From: Promethearchaeota archaeon
Lineage (GTDB): Archaea; Asgardarchaeota; Thorarchaeia; Thorarchaeales; Thorarchaeaceae
Direction of reading: 5' to 3'
Length of the DNA: 29,372 nucleotides
NCBI GenBank assembly: GCA_048939765.1
Contig: JBHLPF010000038.1
Location: 1-29,372, forward strand
A program made the translations under genes and the position numbers. Positions 1-11,100 of this stretch are shown here, in pieces. The notes below the pieces were generated by a model. It saw only the letters and a list, made by a program, of their open reading frames with translations, was not told the origin of the DNA and did not search any database. The first letter of the stretch is position 1. Every line of letters starts with the position of its first letter.

Positions 1-3000
1 GTCGACTACAGTGTAGGAATATACGAACGAGAGTTCATTGTGAAACATGATACATCTTTGACATTGCAGGAACCAAGTGATGCAGTTGGAGACCGTCTTA
101 CCGTCACCACAGCAGGCGAGTGGATTTATGTCGAATATGAGCTGACTGACGGTATCACAGCGGCGGGGGTGCCTGATGCGGCAGTCACCTTGAATTGGAC
201 TGTATCAGGTGCTCCGACTCAAATCACATTGGATGACTTTGGCACTGGTACATATGGCAAGATGTTGAACACGGACAACTTGGGAATAGCTAAACAATGG
301 CTTGTAACTCTTCAATCCACTCATCAGTTCTACAATGATGCAACCGAGTACTTCAAAATAGATCTGTACCATCAAACAAATTTGGATTACGGAGATGTAA
401 CCACAACTCCAGCTGATGATGATTTCACTGCAACGTTGACGTTTAGAGACACGTATGATGGGTCTCCGATTGAAGGCGCAGAAATTGTCGTAGATGGCGG
501 TCCTGTGGGAATGACCTACAATGACTTGGGTCAGGGCAAGTATAGCGTGTCCATTCCTACTGGAGCTCTCAGCCTTGGTCAACATTGGTACATCTTCAAT
601 GCGACTCTATCAGGTAGCTATCTTGAGATGGCTAGTGTGAACATTACGTTTACTCTCAGGCAACACTTCACCTCTGTCAATCTACAGGGTAATCTTGTCA
701 GTCCCTATGGCTTCAACACACAGTTCAGTGTAATACTCCTTGACCTTGACACTGGAGGTACGGTTCCACTGAGTGCTGTGAGCCAATTCTCATTTGATCC
801 CGCATCTTATGGGGTCCAAACTAGACCGGGGACCAGCTATTCCATCACTTTGACGACAGACACGTGGGGTGTGGCTACAGAATCAGTGACTCTCACAATT
901 ACAATGGCTGACACGAAGTACGCAACTCCTCAGGCCTATTCGTTTGATATTACTATAAGATCACGATATACTTCAGTATCAGTTTCTGGGTCTATAGTGC
1001 AACCCTATGGTAATACAACGCCTCTGAGTGTGAATCTCTGGGACCACGATGCAGGAGAGGTGGTTCCGATTGGAGCTGTGAGCAGTCTAGTATTCACATG
1101 GTCTGGGGGCAATCATCCATTTAATAATCCATCAAGCTATAGCCTGAATCTTGATGATACTTCCACATGGGATGTCGGTGTCACCACAGTGACTCTCATA
1201 GTGACCATAACTGGTGACGAGTACTCGGATCCCAGCAATTTCGTCTTTGATATCACCATCCGCAGTATGAGAACCGTGCTCTATCATGATCCATCCGACT
1301 TGGTTTTTGGTGACGGAGCTGATTTCTGGATTGATTTGCGTGTCAATGTAAGTGAGGCTGGAGCGAGTTTCGGTCAACCCATTACTGGACTCACCCAAGG
1401 AGAGTTCTCACTTAGTGGCAATCCATTTCCCTTTACTATCGATACAACAGACAATCTCATTGGACGATATCGATTGACGATTTCTTGGGCAAATCTTGGC
1501 CCAGGAGATTACACAATTACTGTGATTGTGACTCCCTCCGACGTTAGTCATGCTGTCGCACAGGTTATAATCCATTTCTCCTATAGATTTGTTCAGACTT
1601 CTCTTACATCACCGACCCATCCACAGGTGACCACTCCGTTTGGCACGGACGTCCAGTTAACTCTGAACTATACAGATATCGAGAGTGGAACCGGTATTGC
1701 AGGCGCGACCATTACAAATACCAGCATCAATATCTACGGCCTTGTTGACCAGGGCACAGGTATCTACACGCTGTGGCTTGATGTTACTGGTCTTGCAGAA
1801 GGCACTCATGCCTTCAGCCTAGGGGCGGTCAAGAATGGATATGAAGGGCGCTCTCTCTCGTTCACCGTTCGAATTCGAATTGCATATACCTATGCGATTC
1901 CTTCTATCGGCGCTCTAGACATACCGATTGGCAACTCGCCTGTCTTCTACGTCGATTATTGGGATATCGACCATGATGTGCCGGTTGACAACTCCTCTGC
2001 ACCGTACACGCGGGTATTGTCTACTTGGCATAACTTCACGGTGATTTACATCCCTGCTCAGCAGAGATACCAGATAACATTCATGACTTCAGATTCAGAC
2101 TCTCTTCAAAGCAATACTGTGTACTCCTTCAACTTCTCTAGAGAATCCAACTACCAATTTGGCATATTCAATATCACAGTTTCAATAAGAACTCACAACA
2201 CTGACTTCCGATTAGTAAGCGCCATTGAGCCTACAAGCAATGTGGGGACAATTGAGATCTCCGTTTATTATGGAGATTTAGACAATACTTTTGGCGTTGA
2301 TTCCGTCAATGTGGCTTTCAGTGTGGAGAATGCCAGCGGCCCAGTAATATCAAGCAGCGTGTCCTCGGGAGGAGGATTCTACATAATTCAAGTCGCAGCT
2401 GACCAATTCGGTTTAGGCGTTCAGACATTCACTGTCTATGCAGACTGGATGGGACCATTTGCAAAATACCAAAACAAGAATTTTGTCACAACTGCAAGTA
2501 TAGTGGGATTAGAATCTGCCTATACGCTACTTGAAGCATCAGCGCCCACTCCATATCTCGAAATCATGAGCTACAAGTTCTTCTACAGTGAGCTCAGTGG
2601 AATAGGAATAGACAATTTAACAGGCAATGTGTTCGTCTACGTTTCCTTCCAAGGCGAATCGGTAGACCTTGGTCAGGTGAACATCTTCGATTATTCCCTA
2701 ACTCAGCCCGGTAACTACTCCATCCAGTTCAACACCTCAATCTTCGATAGAACCGGCATCATTAACATGAATGTCTTTGTGAATTGGTCAAAAGGTGTTG
2801 CACCATTCTATCAGAACCGAACTGACATTATCACTCTGCGGATTCTACCACGTGACACATTGGTATCCGTTGTCCCTCCATCTCCAACGAGCTACCTGGA
2901 GATGGCCTCCTTCTCCTTTACCTACGAGGACATTGCAGGAGAAACCAGCAGTCTGATCTATGATTCCCCATCACTTGCAATATCATCTAACGTGACATTC

Positions 3001-6000
3001 TCAGTATCAGAAACTGATGGGACATTTACTTTCGAGTTCAATACATCACAGTATGGAGCCCTTGGAATGAGAGCTTTGCTATTGGATGTGACTTGGGCTG
3101 GTTCTCCGTTCTATTTGAATAGAACCGGTATCATAGTATACATCACTGTTGTTGAACGACAGACATTTCTTGAGTATCTAGCGCCTGCACCAACTCAATA
3201 TAATGACAATGTTCAGTTCGATGTCACATGGACTGACATTACAGGCGGTGCCTCGGATGGCATTACTGGAGCGACGCTTACTCTGTATCAGGATGCGACT
3301 CCAATCAATCCAATTTATTACAGCTGGTTAGATATTGGCGGGGGTGTCTATTCTGTTGACCTAAGTGCCTCCTATAATCCTCCAGGTCAATACAATCTAA
3401 GCGTAGAGATGTCAATAGGACTATTCTACATTTCCGACTCAACTGTCGAACGTCGATTTACAATACGGGAACGCATCACCCTACTCTCTGCGGAACCTGT
3501 CAGAGATGTACCCTATAGCTCAGATGTTGAAATCATCCTATATTACCAGGACCTGTTTACAACCAGCTCAATACCCAATGTTACCGAGGCTGTCACCTTT
3601 GAGATCCTTAATCCTGGTGTTTGGAATTTCGTGATTAGCTACAACTTCGTAAACCAATACTATGAACTAAGTGTCACTACGTCCGACCATCCTGAGCTGC
3701 TCATTGGAGTGACATATACATTCAATCTTACAATGACCTACGACTCCATCGCACCGTATTATGCCAGTGATGGACTTTTCGTAGACTATGAGATACGCGT
3801 AAGGGACTCCGCCATTGAGCTAGATACAGCCCCAACATCCACTGCATATAGTAATGACGCAAGCTTTGCAATCTACTATGAGGACGCAGATGCATCAAGT
3901 GGAATTGCAGGTGCAGACATATCGGTATTTCTCAATGGTACTCAGCTAATTGAGAATACTGACTATACAATGAGTGAGGGGTCTGCAGGACTCTATCTAT
4001 TCGATGTGGATACAGGCGCATTGGTAGGGCTTGGCATTAATACTCTGGTAGTCTATGCGAATTGGCCGGGGACTCCCTACCATGAAAATCTGACAATTAG
4101 CGTTGGGATAGTTGTACGTGAGCGATCCACAATAATAGAATTCACGCAACCACCAGCTAGAACCGAATACCTTGATGATGTGTCCTTCAAATTTGTCTAC
4201 AATGACCTCGATACAGGTGCTACTGGTGGTACTCCTGTTCTTGGTCTCACAAAGACCGAAGTTAGACTTTACTATAAGAATGGCACAGAGATTCCCTCGG
4301 CCTATTTCGCTTTAGCTCCTGACGGAGATTCGTATGAGGTAGTGGTTAACTCGGCTGTTCTTAGTCCAATGCTTGATAGCGACTATTCTCTGAGAGTAGA
4401 TGTTGATTGGAACATCGGGACTGCACCATACTATGAGGATGATTCCACAATTATCCGCGTTGTCATAATCGGACGCACTATGTTTGTTGATCCTACCACC
4501 ATCGATACAACTCCGAGAACAGGTCCTAGTGGGACGGAGAACATGACTGTATTCTTTACAGTTTCCGATGCCGGTAATGGCAATCCCATTTCAGGAGCGA
4601 TTATCGTCTTCACCTGTGTGGAACAGCCAATCTTCAACTATGTTCTCCTTAGGGGTACGGGGCCTCAAGCAGGAGAGTATACTATTGAAGTTGACACTGC
4701 AAGTCTGACAACAGTCTTTGGTGAAGGGGCATATCATTTCCAACTGAGAGTCCAATGGAATCCATTAATAGCGCCATACTTTAGCAATCGGTCTGCAATT
4801 ACATTGACCGGGATTGTCGACCTAGTGTTAACCACTCTCCAAGCGGGAGCTCCGACACCTGCAGCTCCATACTTTGGCGAGAACGTATCACTAGATGTGA
4901 CATTCAACGATTTGGACCATGATGTAGGGGTCAATGGCGCAGCTATTCAGGTTGTGTATGAATCAGGCATTCCGGCTGTCGTTCAAAGTCTTGATGTTGT
5001 TGCAACGGGCTCTCCAGGAGAATATAGAATAACCTTCAATACAGGAAATGTCCCCACTGCTGGCTCCTATGTCCTTAGAATCACAGCATCCAAGACAGGA
5101 TATACATCTCAAATAGCTAGACCTACTATAACAGTACAAGTGATACCTACGTCGATATATCTGCCTCAGAGTTCATATCAGGTAGATTGGAAAGACACGG
5201 TTAGAGTCTTTGTCAATTTCACCGATGATTTCAATCATCTTCCCATTACTGGTGCAACTGTGACATGGAGCTATGCAAATGTTACAGATCAGCCTTTCAC
5301 AGACATGCTAACAGGGATATACTATGCCGATATTGTTGCAGACATGGACAATGTTGGTAATTGGGCCCTGACGATTATAGCCACAAGAGCTGCGTATCAG
5401 ATTGCTACTGCAAACATAATTCTTGTTGTCTTGCGTCTACCGAGTGAGCTGCAGATTAGAGAACCAGTTGAGGCTATTCTGGATGTACCTCGCGGCGATC
5501 CGGTGAATGTCACCGTCTTTTTGCATGATGTGAATAATCTTGCCCCAATAGCAAAAGAGGAGGTCTCCAGGGTTTACATCATATTCCAAGGTGTTGAATA
5601 TGACATGTTCGAACATGTCAACGGCTCTGCAGGCTACTACCAAGGATCCATTCCAGGACCAACAACTGGGGCACTCATTCCTCGAGGCTATGATGTTCGA
5701 ATAACGGCCGAATTCGTCAATTACGAGGTTGCGGTCAGTCAATTTGGTATTGTCATTCGACAGACAACAACTGAGATTCGCATCTGGGATGCTGAACATT
5801 CTGTATTCACCAACGAAACAATCGTGATTAATGCTGTGTACCTTGAAGTAGTGAACTTTACACTGCAGATTATCGCTCCCTCGTACACCAATGCTACGTT
5901 CACATATGAAATAAACAGTTCATTGGTTAACTGGTTTGAATCTAGATGGTTAGTCGACTACGACTTCATCAATAAGGGCAATGGCATCTATGAATTGATG

Positions 6001-7977
6001 TTCAACACATCTGAAGCATCTTATGGGACATGGGGCTTAACATTCACTTCAGTTCCCGATGACGTGTTCTTTGCAGAAGATGCTCTGCTTGTCACACTGG
6101 TGATTCAGAAAATCCCAACGGAAGTAATCACTCCCATTGTGGAGAATCTGGTTTGGGGCTGGAAAGGAAACTTGAGTTTCTACTATAACGATACACATTA
6201 CAACCGAGGAATAGCTGGCGCTGATGTAGAATACTCCTATTTTGATTTGCAGGATCTTTTGGCCTATGACATGCTGAATGGATACTATCTCATCTATATC
6301 GATACTACAATCCTATTCCCAAGTGCTACGGTTAAGTATCCGATTCTCGTAACTTTCTCGAATGAGGAGGGTGATTACGAGAGTCGAACAGCTGGAGTGC
6401 AAATTACCGTTCTGGAGGTGCCCACAGAGATACTATTGAACACCACAGGAGCTTTGGGCGGATTCACGCAGCTAGATGGAGAGATTAAAGTCTTCGAATA
6501 TGATGTTGCTTTTGGCGGAACAATTGATTTTGAGTTTCTATACAATGACACAGATAATTCTGAAGGGTATGTTGGAGGAATATCAGGCTCAGTAACAAAT
6601 AGCACAACTCTTTATCACACCATCAACATGAACAGTGATTCCCCGCTATTGGCAGAGATTGGCGGCGGTATGTATAGATTCCAATTTAGCACCATGAATA
6701 GTCGCCTGTTTGATAAAATAGGCGGGACTCCTGGAGCTAGTCCGGGCATTCCCTATATATTTGAAGTGACACTGTGGCTCGCGAATCGGTCTGCTCGAAC
6801 GGTTAGAATCTTAATCACGATCATCGAAGTCCCAACAGAGATTTCCATTGTTGATTTTCAACTAGAAACCCTGTATGGAGTAGAGGGCTATTTGGTCCTC
6901 CGCTATTGGGATACATGGAATGATATGCCGATTTCTGGAGGTGATATTATCGCTTTTTGCAGCGACAACAGAATAACGATTACTGGGAATACATCAGAAT
7001 CCACCCCGGGTCTCTATCGCATTAAATTCGTCGCTGCAGCAGGCCTGCTGGATATAATTCTTCAGCCCTTCACTGCAACGATTAGTTTCGATATTTCCAA
7101 AGAAAACTATGCCGCTCTAGATGAATCTGCACTATCTGATACTCTTACTGTTAGCGTATCCCTGACTCCGACTCAAGCTCTCGTGGGAAGATATCTTCCA
7201 ATTCTTGCTCCTATCAGCTTCGTCATTATGTTGCTACTAGGAGCATATGTAAGAGTCTGGAGTGTGCCTAAGCGCATCCGCCAAATAAATGGCCAGATCA
7301 AGGCCCTCCGCAAAGGCAAGATACCAAAACCAATTGACGGAGTGTTGTCGAGGCAAGAGCTAGTTGCCGACCTCTTCAATGATACCTACATCGAGCTGAA
7401 ATTGAAAAGAACTCCTTCACAAATGCCTGAGGAATCTATAGATATTGCCGTGCCTGAGATGGGCGAGCTGCTCATCCAGCTGGCAATACTTACCAACCTC
7501 AGTGCTGACGAACTGGAGGAGTTCCAGGCCGACATCTCTAAGATGCGACTCAGTGAGCAGGCCGCTTTTGTCAGAGAAGTCATCATGCAAGAGGCAGTTC
7601 GTACTGCTCGAAGAGATGGCAAAACGCCCGAAGAGGTAATTGAAGAGGTACGACTCGACGCACTTCGCAGGGTTAGCGGGGAAGAAGGTCTCATTGAAGC
7701 TGGCGCAATAGTCAGGGAGAAAGAAGAGGAGGCGGTGCGAATAGTGGCTGAGGAGGAGCCGGAGAAGGAATTCAAGCCCGAGATTGCTCCACCAGAAGAA
7801 GAGGCGGTGGAGCCGGGCGAGAAACTCAGTCAATATGAGCTAGAGGAACTCCGAAAGGAGCTGGAATCCCGGGGTGTGCCTCCACATGAGATTGATACCA
7901 TCATGGAGCAAGCACGAGTCCTTCCGCGCGAACTAGTCGAGGAGCTAGTGAAGAGCCTAGGAGACAGGAAGAGGTAG
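1..7977 (+). CDS. Giant single-pass cell-surface glycoprotein, 5'-truncated by the window edge (about 22 Ig-like repeats, TM helix, conserved cytoplasmic tail)
   Basis: Frame 1 is open from base 1 (VDYSVGIYEREFIVKHD). This aligns to an internal segment of the next gene (VDHRVGEYQREFIVRHG), so the GTG at 40 is not the real start. The protein has ~100-aa beta-rich repeats (Y/F-x-D...GI/PIxGA...GxYxI...GxY), many NxS/T sequons, a TM segment at about 7183-7254 followed by basic residues, and an acidic helical tail. Confidence 0.9.
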   Translation, partial: VDYSVGIYEREFIVKHDTSLTLQEPSDAVGDRLTVTTAGEWIYVEYELTDGITAAGVPDAAVTLNWTVSGAPTQITLDDFGTGTYGKMLNTDNLGIAKQWLVTLQSTHQFYNDATEYFKIDLYHQTNLDYGDVTTTPADDDFTATLTFRDTYDGSPIEGAEIVVDGGPVGMTYNDLGQGKYSVSIPTGALSLGQHWYIFNATLSGSYLEMASVNITFTLRQHFTSVNLQGNLVSPYGFNTQFSVILLDLDTGGTVPLSAVSQFSFDPASYGVQTRPGTSYSITLTTDTWGVATESVTLTITMADTKYATPQAYSFDITIRSRYTSVSVSGSIVQPYGNTTPLSVNLWDHDAGEVVPIGAVSSLVFTWSGGNHPFNNPSSYSLNLDDTSTWDVGVTTVTLIVTITGDEYSDPSNFVFDITIRSMRTVLYHDPSDLVFGDGADFWIDLRVNVSEAGASFGQPITGLTQGEFSLSGNPFPFTIDTTDNLIGRYRLTISWANLGPGDYTITVIVTPSDVSHAVAQVIIHFSYRFVQTSLTSPTHPQVTTPFGTDVQLTLNYTDIESGTGIAGATITNTSINIYGLVDQGTGIYTLWLDVTGLAEGTHAFSLGAVKNGYEGRSLSFTVRIRIAYTYAIPSIGALDIPIGNSPVFYVDYWDIDHDVPVDNSSAPYTRVLSTWHNFTVIYIPAQQRYQITFMTSDSDSLQSNTVYSFNFSRESNYQFGIFNITVSIRTHNTDFRLVSAIEPTSNVGTIEISVYYGDLDNTFGVDSVNVAFSVENASGPVISSSVSSGGGFYIIQVAADQFGLGVQTFTVYADWMGPFAKYQNKNFVTTASIVGLESAYTLLEASAPTPYLEIMSYKFFYSELSGIGIDNLTGNVFVYVSFQGESVDLGQVNIFDYSLTQPGNYSIQFNTSIFDRTGIINMNVFVNWSKGVAPFYQNRTDIITLRILPRDTLVSVVPPSPTSYLEMASFSFTYEDIAGETSSLIYDSPSLAISSNVTFSVSETDGTFTFEFNTSQYGALGMRALLLDVTWAGSPFYLNRTGIIVYITVVERQTFLEYLAPAPTQYNDNVQFDVTWTDITGGASDGITGATLTLYQDATPINPIYYSWLDIGGGVYSVDLSASYNPPGQYNLSVEMSIGLFYISDSTVERRFTIRERITLLSAEPVRDVPYSSDVEIILYYQDLFTTSSIPNVTEAVTFEILNPGVWNFVISYNFVNQYYELSVTTSDHPELLIGVTYTFNLTMTYDSIAPYYASDGLFVDYEIRVRDSAIELDTAPTSTAYSNDASFAIYYEDADASSGIAGADISVFLNGTQLIENTDYTMSEGSAGLYLFDVDTGALVGLGINTLVVYANWPGTPYHENLTISVGIVVRERSTIIEFTQPPARTEYLDDVSFKFVYNDLDTGATGGTPVLGLTKTEVRLYYKNGTEIPSAYFALAPDGDSYEVVVNSAVLSPMLDSDYSLRVDVDWNIGTAPYYEDDSTIIRVVIIGRTMFVDPTTIDTTPRTGPSGTENMTVFFTVSDAGNGNPISGAIIVFTCVEQPIFNYVLLRGTGPQAGEYTIEVDTASLTTVFGEGAYHFQLRVQWNPLIAPYFSNRSAITLTGIVDLVLTTLQAGAPTPAAPYFGENVSLDVTFNDLDHDVGVNGAAIQVVYESGIPAVVQSLDVVATGSPGEYRITFNTGNVPTAGSYVLRITASKTGYTSQIARPTITVQVIPTSIYLPQSSYQVDWKDTVRVFVNFTDDFNHLPITGATVTWSYANVTDQPFTDMLTGIYYADIVADMDNVGNWALTIIATRAAYQIATANIILVVLRLPSELQIREPVEAILDVPRGDPVNVTVFLHDVNNLAPIAKEEVSRVYIIFQGVEYDMFEHVNGSAGYYQGSIPGPTTGALIPRGYDVRITAEFVNYEVAVSQFGIVIRQTTTEIRIWDAEHSVFTNETIVINAVYLEVVNFTLQIIAPSYTNATFTYEINSSLVNWFESRWLVDYDFINKGNGIYELMFNTSEASYGTWGLTFTSVPDDVFFAEDALLVTLVIQKIPTEVITPIVENLVWGWKGNLSFYYNDTHYNRGIAGADVEYSYFDLQDLLAYDMLNGYYLIYIDTTILFPSATVKYPILVTFSNEEGDYESRTAGVQITVLEVPTEILLNTTGALGGFTQLDGEIKVFEYDVAFGGTIDFEFLYNDTDNSEGYVGGISGSVTNSTTLYHTINMNSDSPLLAEIGGGMYRFQFSTMNSRLFDKIGGTPGASPGIPYIFEVTLWLANRSARTVRILITIIEVPTEISIVDFQLETLYGVEGYLVLRYWDTWNDMPISGGDIIAFCSDNRITITGNTSESTPGLYRIKFVAAAGLLDIILQPFTATISFDISKENYAALDESALSDTLTVSVSLTPTQALVGRYLPILAPISFVIMLLLGAYVRVWSVPKRIRQINGQIKALRKGKIPKPIDGVLSRQELVADLFNDTYIELKLKRTPSQMPEESIDIAVPEMGELLIQLAILTNLSADELEEFQADISKMRLSEQAAFVREVIMQEAVRTARRDGKTPEEVIEEVRLDALRRVSGEEGLIEAGAIVREKEEEAVRIVAEEEPEKEFKPEIAPPEEEAVEPGEKLSQYELEELRKELESRGVPPHEIDTIMEQARVLPRELVEELVKSLGDRKR

Positions 7978-8012
7978 TTTACACTCTCCCTCTTCCATTC
8001 TTCTCTCCTTTC
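7978..8012 (+). terminator. Pyrimidine-rich tract after the giant gene 1 stop; possible archaeal terminator
   Basis: TTTACACTCTCCCTCTTCCATTCTTCTCTCCTTT lies immediately after the TAG. Confidence 0.4.
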
Positions 8013-8169
8013 GAAAAAAAGACGGCTTTGACTACACATTGCTGTGAATCGACACACCATTTGTTATTATACATGTCTTGTCAGGCAGTACGCGCCACGC
8101 GCTATTCTCTGGGAAGCAAACTGGAAACTGAGAGCTCTGCAGGGAATGGACTCACTGAGGTTGTCCGCT

Positions 8170-11100
8170 ATGAGAAAAAGTGCAATCATTGGCCTATCAC
8201 TGGTTATCTTGTTCTTCCTGCCATCTACCGTATCGATGGATGGTTCATCTATGCCCGCAGCGGTGATACCAGCTCCCTTTGACAATCAAGGATTAGTGGC
8301 TGACAGCCCAGTATCGTATGCAGGAAAAGGCGGAGCTCTGGATGTAGCTCTTCAAGGTTCATTCACCGTAAATGCCTCCACCTGGAATGCCGCGGGACAG
8401 ACATATGCTGCAGACTATACTCTTGGCACATCATTCTCAGTTCAGAATGCAAGTACGGTGAGTTGGACTGCCTACGTTTCAGTTTCCCCGCCTGCAGAGG
8501 TTGAGGACGTCAGCTTTGCAGTGGACTATCCTCGATTAGAATGGATTCCCATTTCGGTGACAGACCCACTAGGAGTGGTCAAGACATATCCGACGGATTG
8601 GACCTATTCTCTGGGAGTTCTGAGCGTCGCTTCAACAGCTGTCACTACGTACGGACTATGGAAGATTGAGTTTCTGGGCGGCAATCATCTCTATGACATT
8701 CAGTTTGATCTTGGAGGCGGCTCGTATGCGAATACGGCTACCTATGATGTCGGTGAAGACTTGGAGATTCAAGGTAGCAGCTCCTTCATTAACGGAGCTA
8801 CGGCCCAGCTAGTCCTGACTGACCCCACGGGAGCAGTCTGGCACACTACGACAAATACAACCTCGGGATCTAGCAGCCATGAGATACCCTCATTCCAATA
8901 TAAGAAAGACATCACAATCAATCAAGCTGCTATAGGTACAGATCTGAATTTCTTCCCAGTAATGGTTAGTCTAATTGACACTGGACTTCATGATCATGCT
9001 CAGTCAAGCGGCAACGATATCGTGTTTGTTCAGAACGGAATGGTTCTCGACCACGAGGTAGAGATTTACAATCCTACTTATTCTGGAACAGAGGCGCAAC
9101 TTGTGGCATGGGTCAAGGCGAATGTTTCAGGAACCGTTGATACCGTGATTTCAATGTACTATGGCAATCCCATCGTTGGTCCTCAAGAGAATCCCTCTGG
9201 GGTGTGGACCTCGAGCTACTCTGCAGTCTATCACCTTGGTGAGAGTGCCGCTGATGAAGCGACAAGCGCAGTGCACTATGACTCAACCAGCAACTCATAT
9301 TATGGCAATCAGAATGGAAATGCAGATGCCACCGGTTTGGTCGGATCAGGACAGGACTTTGACGGGACCGATGACAAGGTAGTAGTGGATTCTTCCCGAG
9401 GCTTTGATCCTACTGGTGACTTGACTATATCCGGTTGGTTCAAGCTCGATAGTCCTTTCACTTCTAGCTCTGGAACATCACAGGTGCTCATGGCCAAGTA
9501 CTTGACAGGCGATGATGATATGCACATTGTGCTCGCGGGCACCGATTATGGTAATGCAATGACAAAAGGGTCAATTGTATTCAAGATGGAGAACAATGCT
9601 GCACAGAAATACAAGTGCACACAGCAAATCACCTGGAGCACTAGCAGTTGGTTCTACTTTGCTGCAACAATGGACGCAAGTACGCCAAACAACAATCAGA
9701 TCTACATCAATGGACAGCTCGACACTAACGCGACAAACGTGATTGGAGGCGCATCTTACGGTAATCTGACCTTCCCGGCAGACTGGGAAATTGGTGGTGG
9801 ATTCACTGATAGCCAGCTCCCTGGAGGACAGGGATTCTTTGATGGCAGGATGGACGAAGTCCGTGTGTCAAATACGCTACGTTCTGGAGCATGGCTATTG
9901 GCTGAATACTACAACCTAGCGTTGCCAGGATCGTTCTATTCCGTAGGATCTGAATCCGAGCGTTCACTCGCAGCTCCGAAGTTTACAAAGGCGATCGATT
10001 CAACAGCCGTGGCTGGCCTATGGACAGCCAGCCTCCATTACAACGACAGCGGTGCCTCCGTAGACCACAGAGTAGGAGAATACCAGAGAGAGTTCATAGT
10101 CCGACATGGCTCAACTCTCACAATTGGCTCGCCTTCTGGTATAGCCACAAGGGTGGTCGGTGATCTCCTATACATAGTTGCGAATCTGACCGATGATATC
10201 ACATCTGGTTTTGTCAGTGGTGCTACCGTGACTGCAAACTGGACCGACACTGGAACGTCAACAATGGTGACGTTCGAAGACTATGGGGATGGCAGGTATG
10301 GCAAGGTTCTCAATACTTCGGATCTCGAAGGCAACATACGCTGGCACATCAACATTCAATCTTCACATCCCTTCTATAACGATGCTTCAACTTCCTTCAA
10401 CCTTGACCTCTCTCATGATACATCTCTAACGTATGACTCACTCACCACAACACCGGTTGGATGGCGCCTCGAAGTGAGTCTGCTATTTGAGGACACGTTT
10501 GATGGGTCACCAATTACTGGAGCTATAATCAAGTTTTCAAATGGTACACCAGTTGATAATGTTGTAGCGGAAGGAGGTGGACGCTACAATCTCTCCTTGT
10601 CCTCAGTTGGACTTGGCAAAGGAGATCACAAATATTCGTTCATTGCTGAACCACCAAGCTCCTACCTTGTGGATGGTACTGTTGATGTGACCTTCACAAT
10701 TCGAGCACACCATACGGCTGTTTCTGTGTCGGGGGATTTAATCGTGCCAATTGGAGAAGATACTCCTCTGACAATACAATTGGTAGATTTGGACAACCAG
10801 ACTGTGGTCCCGATTGGTAGTGTTTCAGCCTTCACATTCACACCCTCAAGCCACGGTGCGCAAAGCGATAGCTCCCCCGCAGATTATCTTTTCAACCTTG
10901 TGACAAATACATGGTCCATAACTCCTTCAGAATCCGTGACACTATCAGTTACACTATCGGATTCGAATTATATGGCTCCGGATTCCCACGTATTCAGCGT
11001 AGAGATTCGTTCACACTACACCTCAGTCAGTGTGTCTGGAGTTCTTCACAAACCATTGGGCAACACTACTCCCTTGACTGTGATTCTGACTGATTTGGAC

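Noticed and set aside
40-42. ORF-track start of giant gene 1
   Set aside because: The frame is open to base 1 and homologous to an internal part of gene 2, so the true start is upstream of the window.
7173-8060. Several antisense ORFs over the gene 1 tail (similarly 17086-17733 over the gene 2 tail)
   Set aside because: They are Ser/Leu/Phe-rich shadows of Glu-rich coding sequence and have no motifs.
8044-8169. N-terminal extension of giant gene 2 and the overlapping ORF 8028-8282
   Set aside because: The extension precedes a clear signal peptide starting at ATG 8170 and covers a probable promoter region (TTATTATA near 8064).
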